Origin: Nitrosopumilus sp.
Lineage (GTDB): Archaea > Thermoproteota > Nitrososphaeria > Nitrososphaerales > Nitrosopumilaceae
Direction: 5' to 3'
Assembly (NCBI GenBank): GCA_965219345.1
Contig: OZ244732.1
Span: forward strand, 1,024,001-1,088,000
Length of the DNA: 64,000 nt
Shown here: piece by piece, positions 49,745 through 60,818 of the stretch
Layout: each line of letters opens with the position of its first letter
Numbering within the stretch: position 1 is the first letter of the stretch
The notes under the pieces: model-generated
Databases searched by the model: none
What the model was told of the DNA's origin: nothing
The model's input: the letters and a program-made list of their open reading frames with translations, nothing else
Program-made: the position numbers and the translations under genes

Positions 49745-50419
49745 TTATCCTCTATACTTTGCAATTACCATTGCATGATCTTTGTCATATGGATGCAAAT
49801 CTATCAACTGTAAAATATCAAAATTTGTTTTCAATTTCTCTACTTCTTCCTCAATAATTTTTTTCGGAGATTTTGTAACATCAATACTTCTTGTTTTAAT
49901 GACTAAAAAGAAGTATCCGCCATTTTTTAGAAACAAATTACAATTATCTATGGCAATTTTTGTTTGGTCAGGTTGAGCTATATCTACATAGACTACATCT
50001 ATTTTACCAAATACAGGGAAGTATTCCTTAGGTTTTCTAGCATCCTGAAGAATTGGAATGATATTTGTTCTAAGTGCTGCTACCCTATCTAAAAAATCTC
50101 TTGCAACTCTACTTGCATGTTCAACACTAAACACTATTCCACTTGGACCAACAATATCTGAAATGTGACTTACAGTTGTTCCAGTTGATGCACCAAGATA
50201 AAGAACTTTGGTTTTATTTCCAAAAGGAAATTCCCTAAGTTCATTCATTATAGATGCTGCTAATTTACTTCTAAATGGATCCCATAATCTGTACTCGATT
50301 CCTTTTTTAATGATTAGTTTTTCTTTGTATACCTGATTCCCCGGAACCAAATTTTCAGTAGCTAGTTTTTTTTCGCCTTCTGATTTAATCCAGAAAAATG
50401 ATTGGTTATCTTCTTCCAA
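49745..50419 (-). CDS. flpA: Fibrillarin-like rRNA/tRNA 2'-O-methyltransferase
   Basis: WDPFRSKLAA, LYLGASTGTTVSH and DIAQPDQ; TTG start at 50419 overlaps the nop5 end. Confidence 0.93.
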   Translation of the reverse strand: MEEDNQSFFWIKSEGEKKLATENLVPGNQVYKEKLIIKKGIEYRLWDPFRSKLAASIMNELREFPFGNKTKVLYLGASTGTTVSHISDIVGPSGIVFSVEHASRVARDFLDRVAALRTNIIPILQDARKPKEYFPVFGKIDVVYVDIAQPDQTKIAIDNCNLFLKNGGYFFLVIKTRSIDVTKSPKKIIEEEVEKLKTNFDILQLIDLHPYDKDHAMVIAKYRG

Positions 50420-51746
50420 ACTTTTTTCTCTTTTTATTTCTTGAATCTGATCTTTGTTTATAATTTCTATCATCTCTTCTTCCACCTCTATCATCTCTTC
50501 TTCCACCTCTATCATCTCTTCTTCCACCTCTATCATCTCTTCTTCCACCTCTATCATCTCTTCTTCCACCTCTATCATCGCCTCTTCTACCATCTCTCCA
50601 GAATGACTGAGGTTTTCTGAGATCTTTTTCAGTTGGATTTTCGTATTTCTTGCCTATCTCACCAACCCTTACATTGAGTTTTTCAAGTAAAGTCTCATTC
50701 AGTCCCTCTCCATAAACATCAACTCTTGCTGCAATTACCGCCTTTGCAGCAACTGCACGTGCAATTTTACCTCTTTGCCATCTTGGAGCAGAATGAACCA
50801 TTGCATGTTGGAATAACAATCCATGCTTTGGTGGTTGAGACCCTGTCTTTAATGATCTAAACAATGCTTTTTCAGCTCCTAAAACTTGTATTGTACTGGC
50901 AGGAAGTGATGCCATTTTTTTGAGACTTCCAGCTCGTCCTAAAAGTCTTGCACCAACCGCAGTTCCAAGAATTGCTGAAAGATTCGGTGCAATTGATGTC
51001 ATTTCAGATTCAACATGTTCTTCTAGTTTTTTACGTAAATCATGAAAGTCTAGAATTTGTTTTGCAATTGATTGTACTATTGCCAAATTAACATCGGAGA
51101 TATCCCCTCCCCTGCTTTTTGATGAAATTAAAAATAACATCTCAACTTTAGAATCTGGGAATCCCGCATCTTCAAAAACTTGTTTTGATAATGATTCACG
51201 TTTTCCAGCGATTACAATTTGTGCATATCCATTGATACTGTCAATAATATTATCCAATTCTGGAAAATGTAATCCATACCACTCTCTTAATCTTGAACTT
51301 AGAGCATTTGCAATTTTATCAATTTCATCTAGTGAATTAATTGCCTGAATAATATGAAGATCTGGACTTTCTGAAACTTCGGTAACTATTGATGATGATA
51401 ATCCTAAAGCAAACTCTCTAAGTTTTCCTAATGCATCTTGAGGGTTTGAAGCAAAACCTGAATCAACAATTATTTGTGGTTTTGACGATTGAACAATCTC
51501 TAATTTTGAATCATCCATTATTTGACAATCAATATTATTTTTCTTCAAAATTGCTAGAAGAGATTCATCACTAACTACAAATCCTCTTTGAACTGAAAAT
51601 AGATAATTAATCAGCTCATTTAGTTTTGCTTCCTTACTTTTTACTGCAAGATATTCTTTAACATTATTTGAGAATGAAAATGCTCTTTCAAGTTTTCCTT
51701 CATTGAAAACCGATATTCCCAATTCTGTTAAAATCACAGAATACAT
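50406..51746 (-). CDS. nop5: C/D box RNP subunit Nop5 (Nop56/58)
   Basis: LREWYGLHFPEL, PASTIQVLGAEKALF, PPKHG, RGKIAR and an RDDRGGR tail. Confidence 0.95.
   Translation of the reverse strand: MYSVILTELGISVFNEGKLERAFSFSNNVKEYLAVKSKEAKLNELINYLFSVQRGFVVSDESLLAILKKNNIDCQIMDDSKLEIVQSSKPQIIVDSGFASNPQDALGKLREFALGLSSSIVTEVSESPDLHIIQAINSLDEIDKIANALSSRLREWYGLHFPELDNIIDSINGYAQIVIAGKRESLSKQVFEDAGFPDSKVEMLFLISSKSRGGDISDVNLAIVQSIAKQILDFHDLRKKLEEHVESEMTSIAPNLSAILGTAVGARLLGRAGSLKKMASLPASTIQVLGAEKALFRSLKTGSQPPKHGLLFQHAMVHSAPRWQRGKIARAVAAKAVIAARVDVYGEGLNETLLEKLNVRVGEIGKKYENPTEKDLRKPQSFWRDGRRGDDRGGRRDDRGGRRDDRGGRRDDRGGRRDDRGGRRDDRNYKQRSDSRNKKRKKFGRR
50466..50591 (-). repeat. 21-bp coding tandem repeat (RDDRGGR), ~6 copies, in the nop5 tail
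   Basis: TCTATCATCTCTTCTTCCACC x5 plus one degenerate copy. Confidence 0.9.
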
Positions 51747-51831
51747 GACTAGTTCAGTCTAAATCACCTTTAAAAAACGTACCAGAATTACGAATCAACT
51801 GTTATATTCGAAACTAGGTTCATTAATCAAA

Positions 51832-52743
51832 GTGGAACCCAGTCTTGCAACTTCAATAGGTCAAATTCAATTAGACAGACCTGTAATGTTGGCATCAGGA
51901 ATACTGGGAATCTCACTGGATGTGTTTAATCGGTTATATCGCTCTGGAGCAGGAGCTGTAGTGACTAAATCACTTAGTAAGGAACCATGGGAAGGATATC
52001 CAAATCCAACTATATTTAGTGTAAAAGGTGACGGTTGGATAAATGCTGTAGGCCTTTCAAATCCTGGAGCCGAAAATTTTGCTAAAATGATTCAACCCAA
52101 CCAGGATGTTCCAATAATAGTGAGTTTAGTGGGTTCAATTCCTGAAGACTTTGAGATGATGATAAAAGAATTTGAAAACTGCAAAGTTTCAGCATATGAA
52201 CTGAATCTGTCATGTCCTCATGTAGCCAAAGTTGGTTTAGAAGTAGGAGATGATCCTGAATTGGTAAAGAAAATTGTAACTACTGTTAAAAATACTACAA
52301 ATATTCCAGTCATTGCTAAAGTTGGTTTAGGTACCACTCATTATCTAAAAACTGTAAGCACAGCAATAGATTCTGGAATTGATGCCATTACCGCAATCAA
52401 TACTGTTCGTGCAATGGCAATTGATGTTGAAACCCAACGACCAATACTTAGTAACAAATTTGGTGGATTGTCTGGTAGTCCAATTAAACCAATTGCATTA
52501 AGATGTGTTTACGAAATTTCTTCAAAATATGACATTCCAATAATTGGATGTGGCGGTATATCTACTTGGGAGGATGCCATTGAATTTTTCTTGGCAGGAT
52601 CTTCTGCAATTCAACTTGGTAGTGCAGTTGGTGATAATTGGGTTGGCATCTTTGATGAAATCAACAAAGGAATATTACAATATATGAAGCGAAAAGGCTA
52701 TTCTAAAATAGAGGATATGGTGGGCCTTGCAAAGAAATCATAA
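51832..52743 (+). CDS. pyrD: Dihydroorotate dehydrogenase B catalytic subunit
   Basis: TKS, NAVGLSNPG, ELNLSCPH, GGLSG and GCGGI. Confidence 0.95.
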   Translation: MEPSLATSIGQIQLDRPVMLASGILGISLDVFNRLYRSGAGAVVTKSLSKEPWEGYPNPTIFSVKGDGWINAVGLSNPGAENFAKMIQPNQDVPIIVSLVGSIPEDFEMMIKEFENCKVSAYELNLSCPHVAKVGLEVGDDPELVKKIVTTVKNTTNIPVIAKVGLGTTHYLKTVSTAIDSGIDAITAINTVRAMAIDVETQRPILSNKFGGLSGSPIKPIALRCVYEISSKYDIPIIGCGGISTWEDAIEFFLAGSSAIQLGSAVGDNWVGIFDEINKGILQYMKRKGYSKIEDMVGLAKKS

Positions 52744-53539
52744 TCATCCAACAATTGTAACAATTGAAAAAGTAATTGATGAAACACCAACTGTTAGAAC
52801 TTTAGTTTTCTCAGATGAAGTAATGTCAAATGTTCTTCCTGGACAATTTGCAATGGTTTGGATTCCTGGAATAAATGAATTGCCAATGAGTGTAATGATT
52901 TCAAAAGAATCTGGAAAGGCTGCATTTACCGTAAGAAAACATGGACTTGCTTCTACTGGATTATTTAATGTTACAGTTGGAGAACAAATTGGACTTCGCG
53001 GTCCATATGGAAACTCTTTTGATCTTAAAGAAGGAAAACTTTTGCTAGTTGGCGGCGGAACTGGCCTTGTTCCTATGATGCGATTACTCACTTTTGTAAA
53101 ATCTACAGATGATGTCACGATTCTAATTGGTGCCAAAACAAAAGATGAGGTCTTCTTTGAAGATTTAGCCAACTGTCTTTTGGAAAATAATCCTCATCGA
53201 GTAATTGTTTCAACTGATGATGGAAGTTATGGAGAAAAAGGTTTTGTAACTGATTTGGTTGAAAAACTTGTCAGTGAAACCCACTTTGATGCAGTGTATG
53301 TATGTGGTCCTGAAATTATGATGTACAAAACAGTACAATCTGCTCATTCTAGGGGAATGTTTGTTCAAGCCAGTCTTGAGCGGATGATGAAATGTGGAGT
53401 TGGAATTTGTGGTAGTTGCTGTATTGGTGAGGATCTTGTTTGCAGGGATGGAACCGTATTTGATGGACAACATCTTTCCTCAAACGACGAATTTGGCCAT
53501 TTTCATAGGAATAAAGCCGGAGTTTTGGAAAATTATTAG
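52727..53539 (+). CDS. pyrK: Dihydroorotate dehydrogenase electron transfer subunit
   Basis: PGQF, RGPYGN, GGGTG, CGP and MKCGVGICGSC...C.DG. Confidence 0.93.
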   Translation: MQRNHNHPTIVTIEKVIDETPTVRTLVFSDEVMSNVLPGQFAMVWIPGINELPMSVMISKESGKAAFTVRKHGLASTGLFNVTVGEQIGLRGPYGNSFDLKEGKLLLVGGGTGLVPMMRLLTFVKSTDDVTILIGAKTKDEVFFEDLANCLLENNPHRVIVSTDDGSYGEKGFVTDLVEKLVSETHFDAVYVCGPEIMMYKTVQSAHSRGMFVQASLERMMKCGVGICGSCCIGEDLVCRDGTVFDGQHLSSNDEFGHFHRNKAGVLENY

Positions 53540-53580
53540 TTCAACTAGCAAAGTTTAAACTAAATCATAAAATTAATCCC

Positions 53581-55314
53581 ATGAAGGCAATGGGAACTCC
53601 AAAAATCGTTTTAACTGCTGATCGTACTCTAATGTCCCCATATAGAGGCTTATCTCTGGCTACATTTTTTGGATGTGCACCAGCTCTTGATCCTCATAGA
53701 AAAAAAAATAGCTTTTGGTATAAGATTCTTGGAAACCAAGTTACCCCAAAAATTCTATTTGATTTTATTTGTAACTATATTCCTCACACAAACGGTGTTG
53801 CAAATTATGCGCCATATGGATTAAGAAAATTAGAGGCTGGATTATTGCGAGATGGATTTAGTAGACAAGACGTTGTAGTTGCCCATCCTGATCATATTGA
53901 GCAATTCATTGGACCTGATACAGAAGTTATTGGAACTTATGAAATGGATCCTCTTGGAATGGGTCCAGTAACCATGACGTTTACTTATGGTAGAAAACAG
54001 ACTTCTTATGATGAATTTTACAATACTGAATTACATCATAGAATTAAAGCTGCAAAGGCAAAAACTGGAAGTAAAGCCAAAGTAATCTCTGGTGCATCTG
54101 GAACCTGGCAATATAATTATGATCCTGCAAAAATTGAAGAATTTGGAATCTATGCCATATTAGAAGGTGAGCTTGGTGGAATTGCACCTGAAATTGATGG
54201 ACATGCTGGAAGATTCTTCAACTATTTGATTAACGGTGACTTTGAAAACATGGATCCTTTCAGAAAGAGAAGTGACTTTAAAGTTAACATTAAGGAATTT
54301 GAAAGAGAAGGTAAAAAAATTCACGGACGATTTGTTAATTTCTGGGATAGACCAGACGTGGAAGAAATTCCTGATATTGTTGAACCAAGTATGCATGGAA
54401 TGGTTGAAGTAATGCGTGGATGTGGCAGAGGTTGTAAATTTTGTGATGTTACATTAAGATCCTTGAGATATTACCCGCCAGAAAAAGTTGTAAAAGAAAT
54501 TGAGGTTAACATGAGGAAAGGTGGTTCTAAATCTGCATGGATTCACAGTGACGATATTTTTGTTTATGGAATGGATCCACGAACCGCTAAGGGGATGGAA
54601 CCAAACCGAGAAGCGCTTGAAGAATTATTTACCGCAATCATGTCTACTGGCGTAGAACACACAAATCCTACGCATGGAACATTGGCAGGTGCAATAGCTG
54701 ATGAAAAACTTCTTCCAAACCTCTCAAAAATTATGAAAGCTGGTCCTGATAACTTGATTGGTGTACAAGCTGGATTTGAGACTGGAAGTTTAAGATTAAT
54801 TGAAAAATATGCAGATAGAAAACTTGCACCTTATAGGCCAGATGAATGGCATTGGGTTGTTAAAGAAGGTGTTAAAGCAATGAATGAAAATTATTGGATT
54901 CCTGCATTTACACTCATTATGGGTCTTGATAATGATGAAACTCCTGAAGATTCATGGGATACTATTCGTTTAATCACTGAGTTAGAACATGAACAACCAG
55001 ATGCAATGTTTACTGCTACTGCATTAACATTTGTTCCAATTGGGTTACTAGAACAATCTGAATTCTTTAACATTGGAAATGAGATGACTCCTGCACAACT
55101 AGGTGTTCTATACAAAACATGGCAACACAACTTCAAATACGGTATTAAAAAATTCATGACTAAGACTGGCTCAAAAGGCCCTCAAAGGTATGTCTTTAAC
55201 GCACTTGCAAGGTCTCTTGGCGGTGTTCCACTTGGTGCAATGGAAAAATATGCACGAAGAAAGAGCAAGGAACACGAAAAAGTACTTGAGACTATTAAAA
55301 ACAAGTACTGGTAG
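53581..55314 (+). CDS. B12-binding radical SAM protein, possibly GDGT ring synthase (GrsA/B-like)
   Basis: RGCGRGCKFC motif. The N-terminal IVLTADRTLMS and APYGLRKLEA..L / DPLGMGP patterns are recalled from the Grs family. Confidence 0.7.
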   Translation: MKAMGTPKIVLTADRTLMSPYRGLSLATFFGCAPALDPHRKKNSFWYKILGNQVTPKILFDFICNYIPHTNGVANYAPYGLRKLEAGLLRDGFSRQDVVVAHPDHIEQFIGPDTEVIGTYEMDPLGMGPVTMTFTYGRKQTSYDEFYNTELHHRIKAAKAKTGSKAKVISGASGTWQYNYDPAKIEEFGIYAILEGELGGIAPEIDGHAGRFFNYLINGDFENMDPFRKRSDFKVNIKEFEREGKKIHGRFVNFWDRPDVEEIPDIVEPSMHGMVEVMRGCGRGCKFCDVTLRSLRYYPPEKVVKEIEVNMRKGGSKSAWIHSDDIFVYGMDPRTAKGMEPNREALEELFTAIMSTGVEHTNPTHGTLAGAIADEKLLPNLSKIMKAGPDNLIGVQAGFETGSLRLIEKYADRKLAPYRPDEWHWVVKEGVKAMNENYWIPAFTLIMGLDNDETPEDSWDTIRLITELEHEQPDAMFTATALTFVPIGLLEQSEFFNIGNEMTPAQLGVLYKTWQHNFKYGIKKFMTKTGSKGPQRYVFNALARSLGGVPLGAMEKYARRKSKEHEKVLETIKNKYW

Positions 55315-55354
55315 TCATACAAATACATAAATTTACTAATTTGTATTTATTTTC

Positions 55355-55537
55355 ATGGCAACTCACGGTTCGATTACCAAAGCAGGCAAAGTAAGAGGAC
55401 AAACTCCAAAGATAGAAGGAAGAAAGATTATAGGTACAAGTTCTAGTGTTGGAAACAAAAGTAACTTCAAAAAACGATTTGTTCTTGGTCGATATCCTGG
55501 ACAGAACAAACCAGGCCAAAGAAGAAAGAGACGATAG
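55355..55537 (+). CDS. rps30e: 30S ribosomal protein S30e
   Basis: THGSITKAGKVRGQTPKI. Confidence 0.95.
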   Translation: MATHGSITKAGKVRGQTPKIEGRKIIGTSSSVGNKSNFKKRFVLGRYPGQNKPGQRRKRR

Positions 55538-55666
55538 TCTATTTTTACTAAAATTTTATCATTCTACGATCATTTTCTAAAACAGGTTCTGTAAAGTCTG
55601 GGGTTGTTTTTTTTCTGTAAAGATCGGTTGTTTTCCATCATCATCTTTGCAGATAGTTGAATAATG

Positions 55667-57307
55667 TTACTTTTTTGATATTTTTGCATGATTGGGATCC
55701 AGATCTTTCCAAATAACATCATAACCCATTTTTGATAGTAAATCAGCATGACATGAATCAGGGATCCTCTGTGATGCCAATATCTTACAGGCATCTACAA
55801 ACTTAGAAACCTCATCAAGGCTATCTTCTATTGCATTAATTTTCTTTTTTGAAATCAAATATCCTCCTGCTGTAACATAATCCTCAGGATAATCCGCAAG
55901 AAGAATCTTTAATGCTGCTGCCTCTGGAAGAGAATTTTCAAGGGCAACCTGCTTTATAGAAATTAAATCAAGATTTTTTTCATCCAGTTTTATTTTGGTA
56001 TGAATCTTTTCTTCAATTATTTCGGCATCAATTTTTTTTAAATGTTCTAAAATAGGCTTGATTGAAACGTCTTTGTGAAAAGTAAAAATTCTATCTTTGG
56101 AAATTGTTTCCATTTGTGAACATGCCAATTCAGAATTTACTGCTACCAACAGATCAACATTTTTGTTGTTACTGTCAAATAACACCTTCAGCTTAGCAGT
56201 TTTTCTTTCAAGATATTCTCTTGTCCAAAATCCCACAATTTCAAAATACACTTTTCTCCCAAATCTTTCAAAAAGAAAATCAGGAATCATGGCTTTGCCA
56301 TCTGCAATTAATGGGTCAGGTTCCCTGGAAATTTTCCATCCAAACTTGTCATTCTGATCAAAGTGTTGATGGAATCTCTTTGCAAATGCGGCTTCCGTAG
56401 AACTGTCATAAACATAATCATCATCATTTTGATATGAGGAATCTATTACTGAGCGAAGAAATTCCTTGGTGCTTTCATTTGATAATTCAAATGAATAGAT
56501 TTTTTGTCCATCGTCTGTCCTTTTTACTATAGAACCATTGATTTTCCAGGTTGGCGTGCCTACAATTGATGGTAGTAATTTGGCCATTGATGTGCCGTAT
56601 CTATCAGTCATTTTGAATAGACTAAGGGGTCCTTCTAGAACACACTTGATGGAATCTTCTTCGTTGGAGTTATCTTCTGCATGATATTCCAAATTATACA
56701 TCAGACCATATTTTTTGACGTTACGCAAAACTTGCTTCCAATATAGTCCATCTTTTACATAAAATTCCAGTTTCGTACATTTGAAAAGGAGTGTCTGAAA
56801 CAATGAAAGATTATACCACAAAATTAGATCCTTAGGATTGATAACATCAAATTGTGTCAATATTAGATTTTCATCTTTATCGCTCCACATTATGGTTTCA
56901 GTATTCCCTGATGAAATATGCATCTGATGTGCAATTTTCTGTATGATATCTTGTCTCTGAGAATCAGACAAGGCCAAACCTTGCTTTGATGATTCTTCAA
57001 ACAATTTTTGTCTTATCAGCATGGGAGTTGCATTGGATGATGATGTGTTTAGTCGCCCAAAAATAGAACGCCGCTCTAACAATGCAAAAAATCCACGTAC
57101 TAGCTTGTAATCATATTCAGATTCAAGTGTTCCTATTTTTTGGAGCAAATCTCCTTTACATTGTCTATTTTTTTGCGCATTTGTAAAAAATACAATGAGT
57201 TTGTTTGCAAGCTCATAATCAGTACTATTGCCAAAATCAACAGTACAAAATAATGGTGTTATCCTGCCTCTGCTAATCTTGGTACGCAATAGTTCGGATG
57301 AAAGCAT
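55667..57307 (-). CDS. bax1: DUF790/Bax1 family endonuclease
   Basis: YNLSLFQTLLF, GPLSLFKMTDRYG, YDSS.E..F and IPDF...EIVGFWT..YL..K; adjacent to XPB. Confidence 0.88.
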   Translation of the reverse strand: MLSSELLRTKISRGRITPLFCTVDFGNSTDYELANKLIVFFTNAQKNRQCKGDLLQKIGTLESEYDYKLVRGFFALLERRSIFGRLNTSSSNATPMLIRQKLFEESSKQGLALSDSQRQDIIQKIAHQMHISSGNTETIMWSDKDENLILTQFDVINPKDLILWYNLSLFQTLLFKCTKLEFYVKDGLYWKQVLRNVKKYGLMYNLEYHAEDNSNEEDSIKCVLEGPLSLFKMTDRYGTSMAKLLPSIVGTPTWKINGSIVKRTDDGQKIYSFELSNESTKEFLRSVIDSSYQNDDDYVYDSSTEAAFAKRFHQHFDQNDKFGWKISREPDPLIADGKAMIPDFLFERFGRKVYFEIVGFWTREYLERKTAKLKVLFDSNNKNVDLLVAVNSELACSQMETISKDRIFTFHKDVSIKPILEHLKKIDAEIIEEKIHTKIKLDEKNLDLISIKQVALENSLPEAAALKILLADYPEDYVTAGGYLISKKKINAIEDSLDEVSKFVDACKILASQRIPDSCHADLLSKMGYDVIWKDLDPNHAKISKK

Positions 57308-57355
57308 CAGAATCCAGTTCCAATTGTTTTTGTCATTTTGTCATACAGCATATCA

Positions 57356-58801
57356 TTATACTCCATAAGATGATGAATCATTATTGTTAGTCCCAGAATT
57401 TTTTCTCAGGGAAGTTATTCTTTTTGCACTGGTGTTTGTTTCTCGTGTATGTTTTGATACCAGTTCAACCAGCCGGGCCTTTCTACCATCTTGTTTTGGT
57501 CTTAGAATTCTACCTAATCTTTGAATTAACTCTCGTCCACTGCCAGTCCCGCTCATAATTATGCCCAATTCTGCATCAGGAACGTCTACTCCCTCGTCTA
57601 ATACTCGTGAAGTGACTACTGCATTATATCTGCCGGATTTGAATCCCTCCAAAACATCTCGTCTTTCGTCTTTTATTGTTTTATAGGTGATGTATGGAAT
57701 CAAAAATCTGTTGGAAAGTTCATAGACCATCTTGTTATTCTGGGTAAAAATTATTGTCTTGATATTCTTGTTTTCTTGTAATATTTTTTGCAATTCCTTT
57801 ATTTTTGACTGGCTGTTTAGTGCAATTTCATTTGCTTTGTTTCTTGCAAGCATAGCCTCTCGTGCAATCTTATTTCTGTTTGACATCATAATTAATCGTT
57901 TGAGATTGTACATTGATGGAATTTGGAATCCTAATTGTCTGAAATTCGTTAGAAATTTTGTGTGATTAGCTTCATATTCTTCTTGCTCTTTTGAAGTAAG
58001 ATTGACTTGTATTCGGTCAATGGTGTACTCTGCCAGATGTTTTTGATCTGATAGTTCTTGTGAGCCAAGACGAAATACAACTCCTCCAGTAAGATATGGG
58101 ATTAACTCATGTAGTCCATCCTCTCTTTCTATTGTTGCGGTTAGACCTAATCTGTATGGGGCAATAAACTGCTCTGCAATTGAGCGATATCCAAGAGCTG
58201 GAAGATGATGAACTTCATCGAAGATAATCAATTTGAATTGATTTCCAATTGAGGATGCTCTAAGATATGCAGAGTCATATGTTGTTATGGTGATTGCTTG
58301 TAGATCCTCTTCTCCACCACCCAATTTTCCAACAGAAATATTTTGATGACTTTGATTATTACTTGTGAGATACTTGGAGATGTTATTTCCCCATTGTTCC
58401 ATCAAGTCAATTGTTGGAACTACTACCAACGTAGACGCATTGACTGTCTGAATTGCCTTGATTCCTATGGCAGTTTTTCCGGCACCAGTAGGCAGAATAA
58501 CGCATCCTCTCATGGACGATTTTTCCCAATTTTGTATAGCTTGCTGCTGGTAGTCACGTAATTCTAAATACTTCATTTGAAATATCGGTGAAGGAATAAA
58601 ATCAGGTACGCTATCTGTAAAATCTAAATCACTTTTTTTCAGATATTCAATAATCTCTTGATAATGAAGACCATAAGATCTAAGAGACTTAGTCCTATCA
58701 TCATATTTTGTATTTGGAATTCGAATTAGTTTGCTATTCTCAATACGGATGGAACCTTTCTCAAAGAACAGTTTAGGGTTTGATGATGAATTAGATGACA
58801 A
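57356..58801 (-). CDS. xpb: XPB/Rad25-family SF2 helicase
   Basis: LPTGAGKT, DEVH, GLTAT, LDEGVDVP and QRLGRILR. Confidence 0.9.
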   Translation of the reverse strand: MSSNSSSNPKLFFEKGSIRIENSKLIRIPNTKYDDRTKSLRSYGLHYQEIIEYLKKSDLDFTDSVPDFIPSPIFQMKYLELRDYQQQAIQNWEKSSMRGCVILPTGAGKTAIGIKAIQTVNASTLVVVPTIDLMEQWGNNISKYLTSNNQSHQNISVGKLGGGEEDLQAITITTYDSAYLRASSIGNQFKLIIFDEVHHLPALGYRSIAEQFIAPYRLGLTATIEREDGLHELIPYLTGGVVFRLGSQELSDQKHLAEYTIDRIQVNLTSKEQEEYEANHTKFLTNFRQLGFQIPSMYNLKRLIMMSNRNKIAREAMLARNKANEIALNSQSKIKELQKILQENKNIKTIIFTQNNKMVYELSNRFLIPYITYKTIKDERRDVLEGFKSGRYNAVVTSRVLDEGVDVPDAELGIIMSGTGSGRELIQRLGRILRPKQDGRKARLVELVSKHTRETNTSAKRITSLRKNSGTNNNDSSSYGV

Positions 58802-59062
58802 ATCTACTTCTTTGTATTAATATCACTATAATCATTTTTTGATCATTGATTATATTGTACTAGTCAACAAAAATTAAACTTCATTTGAATATCTTAATTT
58901 ATTCCGGACAATTAATCTGTTTTTTAGGGTAAAGAATTAGATTTTTGGTTCTGTCTAATAATCGACAGGTGAAAATATGAATTTTCTCCAGATTAATTTT
59001 CGTGCCTATTCAGAATCCTTCTTTAATGAGGCATTTTGATTCAACAACCACACTAGACACAT

Positions 59063-59311
59063 TCATCTTGATCCATATTTTATGTCCATATCACTATTCT
59101 TAGACAGAATCTTTTTTACTGATGTGTCGATCTCTATCCATTGTGTAGGTGATGGTGAAGTTCTAAAATATTTGGCCTGCCAACCCCATTCTGAATCATC
59201 GGGCAATTGTCAAAAACACTCCACTCCACCATCTAGAGTTCCTTTTCTAACAAATTTTGAATTATCCGGAACTGTTTCATATCTTGCTAACTGACAACAA
59301 AGTTCTTCAAA
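59063..59311 (-). pseudogene. Remnant of an N-terminal restriction-like nuclease domain typical of STAND/Avs-type ATPases
   Basis: The minus frame reads FEELCCQLARYE...KGTLDGGVECF*QLPDDSEWGWQAKYF...QWIEIDTSVKK. It has an internal stop and is truncated. Confidence 0.65.
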
Positions 59312-59410
59312 AAATTGTTTCTAGACCTTGCTTCTGAATCAGTTAATAATTTTGTCGATTAAAAAAATTTTTAATCAAACGCTATTAATCAATCGTCTTT
59401 AAAAATTCCA

Positions 59411-60067
59411 ATGCCTACAAAATCGACAAAAACGATATTGATTGCTTCGGTAATGGCCGTGGTTGCAATGTCAGCAATCACATCCTTGCCAGCAGAAGGA
59501 AATACGGAAATCACCAGACAAGTGACAGATGAGGAATTTCGCCAAACCCAAATCCACGTATTGGATCTAAGATCTGAATTAAACAGACTCGAGGCGCAAA
59601 GTGCCCAGGGTGCTGATACGTCCGCAGAAAAAAGAAGTGTGGACGCCCAAATAGCACAACTCATGCCAATACTGGGCAAGCATCAAGAGCAGCAGTTTGC
59701 AAAACATTACATCGAACCTGTAAGAAAGGCTCAACTTGAACAAACCGAATCGGGTCTTAGGAACAGTATCTCCGAACTTGGATTTGGCTCATATGCGGTA
59801 AACCTGAACACAGAAACAAAGACCATCGAGGTGATCACCAGTGACTCATCAAAAAATACACAGGTAAGAGAGTTGTTTGACAGCTATCCTTCAGACACTC
59901 CAATTGCCCTAGAAAACGGCGAATTCACTGTGATAGATAACGTCTGTAGTTCCCAAACCAGTGATTGTGACCCTATTGTGGGTGGCATAGAAGTTGAAGG
60001 TAGCTGTACACTCGGCCTCAGCATTCCTGCAAATCTTTTTAATGTGATTCGTGATCTTTGTTTATAA
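59411..60067 (+). pseudogene. Secreted protein, probably a truncated S1 (chymotrypsin-like) protease precursor
   Basis: Signal peptide and pro-region, ending just after CDPIVGGIEVEGSCTLG, before any catalytic His/Asp/Ser. Confidence 0.55.
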
Positions 60068-60768
60068 ATTTGACAGAACCCACCAACGGACACGGCAAGG
60101 AAGACAAGGTAGAGATTTTTTCCAACACCGATGAGAGAATCAAATACATTGGAAAGATACTAAATAGTGACTCCGGCATGGATATCTTGCATTTGTTAAG
60201 CAACGACGAAATGACGGCAAATGAGATTGCCAAAAAGGCACACATGTCTTTGCCACTTGTAATACATCACCTGAACAATATGTCTCAAGCAGGAATTGTC
60301 AACATTGCAAGAACTCGGCTAAATAGTAAAAACCAACCGATGAAATGTTACGCCGCTACCAAAACTGGGATTCTGATTCTGCCTGAGATGGCATCTAGAA
60401 AAGCAAAAGAAAGCAAATCCCTTTCCAACTCACTTCGAAGGATCATGCGATTTTCTGCTATTGGAGTGGCAGGTTTGATGTCGTGGATGTTAACAAAACC
60501 AAAACCCGACAGTGAAATGCCAACGCCGGTACCGCCATCTGAACCTGATAATGCTGTAATAGATAAAAGTGAAGACCCTACTTCAAGTCTAGTGCCAACA
60601 GATGAAAACGGAATAAAACAGTTTTTTGAATTTTTCTGGACCGGTTCTGGTAACACCGATGCATTGTTGGTACCGATAATTATCTCAGTTATGGTTGTCG
60701 CAATGGGGATAGGCCTGAACATTGTACTTTCCAGATTATTCAAGAAAAACCGTAGGGTGAAAATGTAG
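60058..60768 (+). CDS. ArsR-type HTH regulator with C-terminal TM segments
   Basis: ILHLLSNDEMTANEIAKKAHMSLPLVIHHLNNM..AGIV followed by two hydrophobic segments. Confidence 0.8.
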   Translation: MFINLTEPTNGHGKEDKVEIFSNTDERIKYIGKILNSDSGMDILHLLSNDEMTANEIAKKAHMSLPLVIHHLNNMSQAGIVNIARTRLNSKNQPMKCYAATKTGILILPEMASRKAKESKSLSNSLRRIMRFSAIGVAGLMSWMLTKPKPDSEMPTPVPPSEPDNAVIDKSEDPTSSLVPTDENGIKQFFEFFWTGSGNTDALLVPIIISVMVVAMGIGLNIVLSRLFKKNRRVKM

Positions 60769-60818
60769 GTATGGAGAGAACTTGTGTGTGTGAAAGTGGA
60801 AACCTGAGGTAATAATCA

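Noticed and set aside
50420-50593. N-terminal (MIEVEEE)n extension of fibrillarin
   Set aside because: It is an alternative-frame reading of the nop5 RDDRGGR repeat; fibrillarin more plausibly starts at TTG 50419.
58947-60080. GGTTCTGTC...GACAGAACC as another IS6 element
   Set aside because: The perfect match is only 9 bp, there is no TSD or transposase trace, and the right copy lies in the likely first codons of the ArsR gene.
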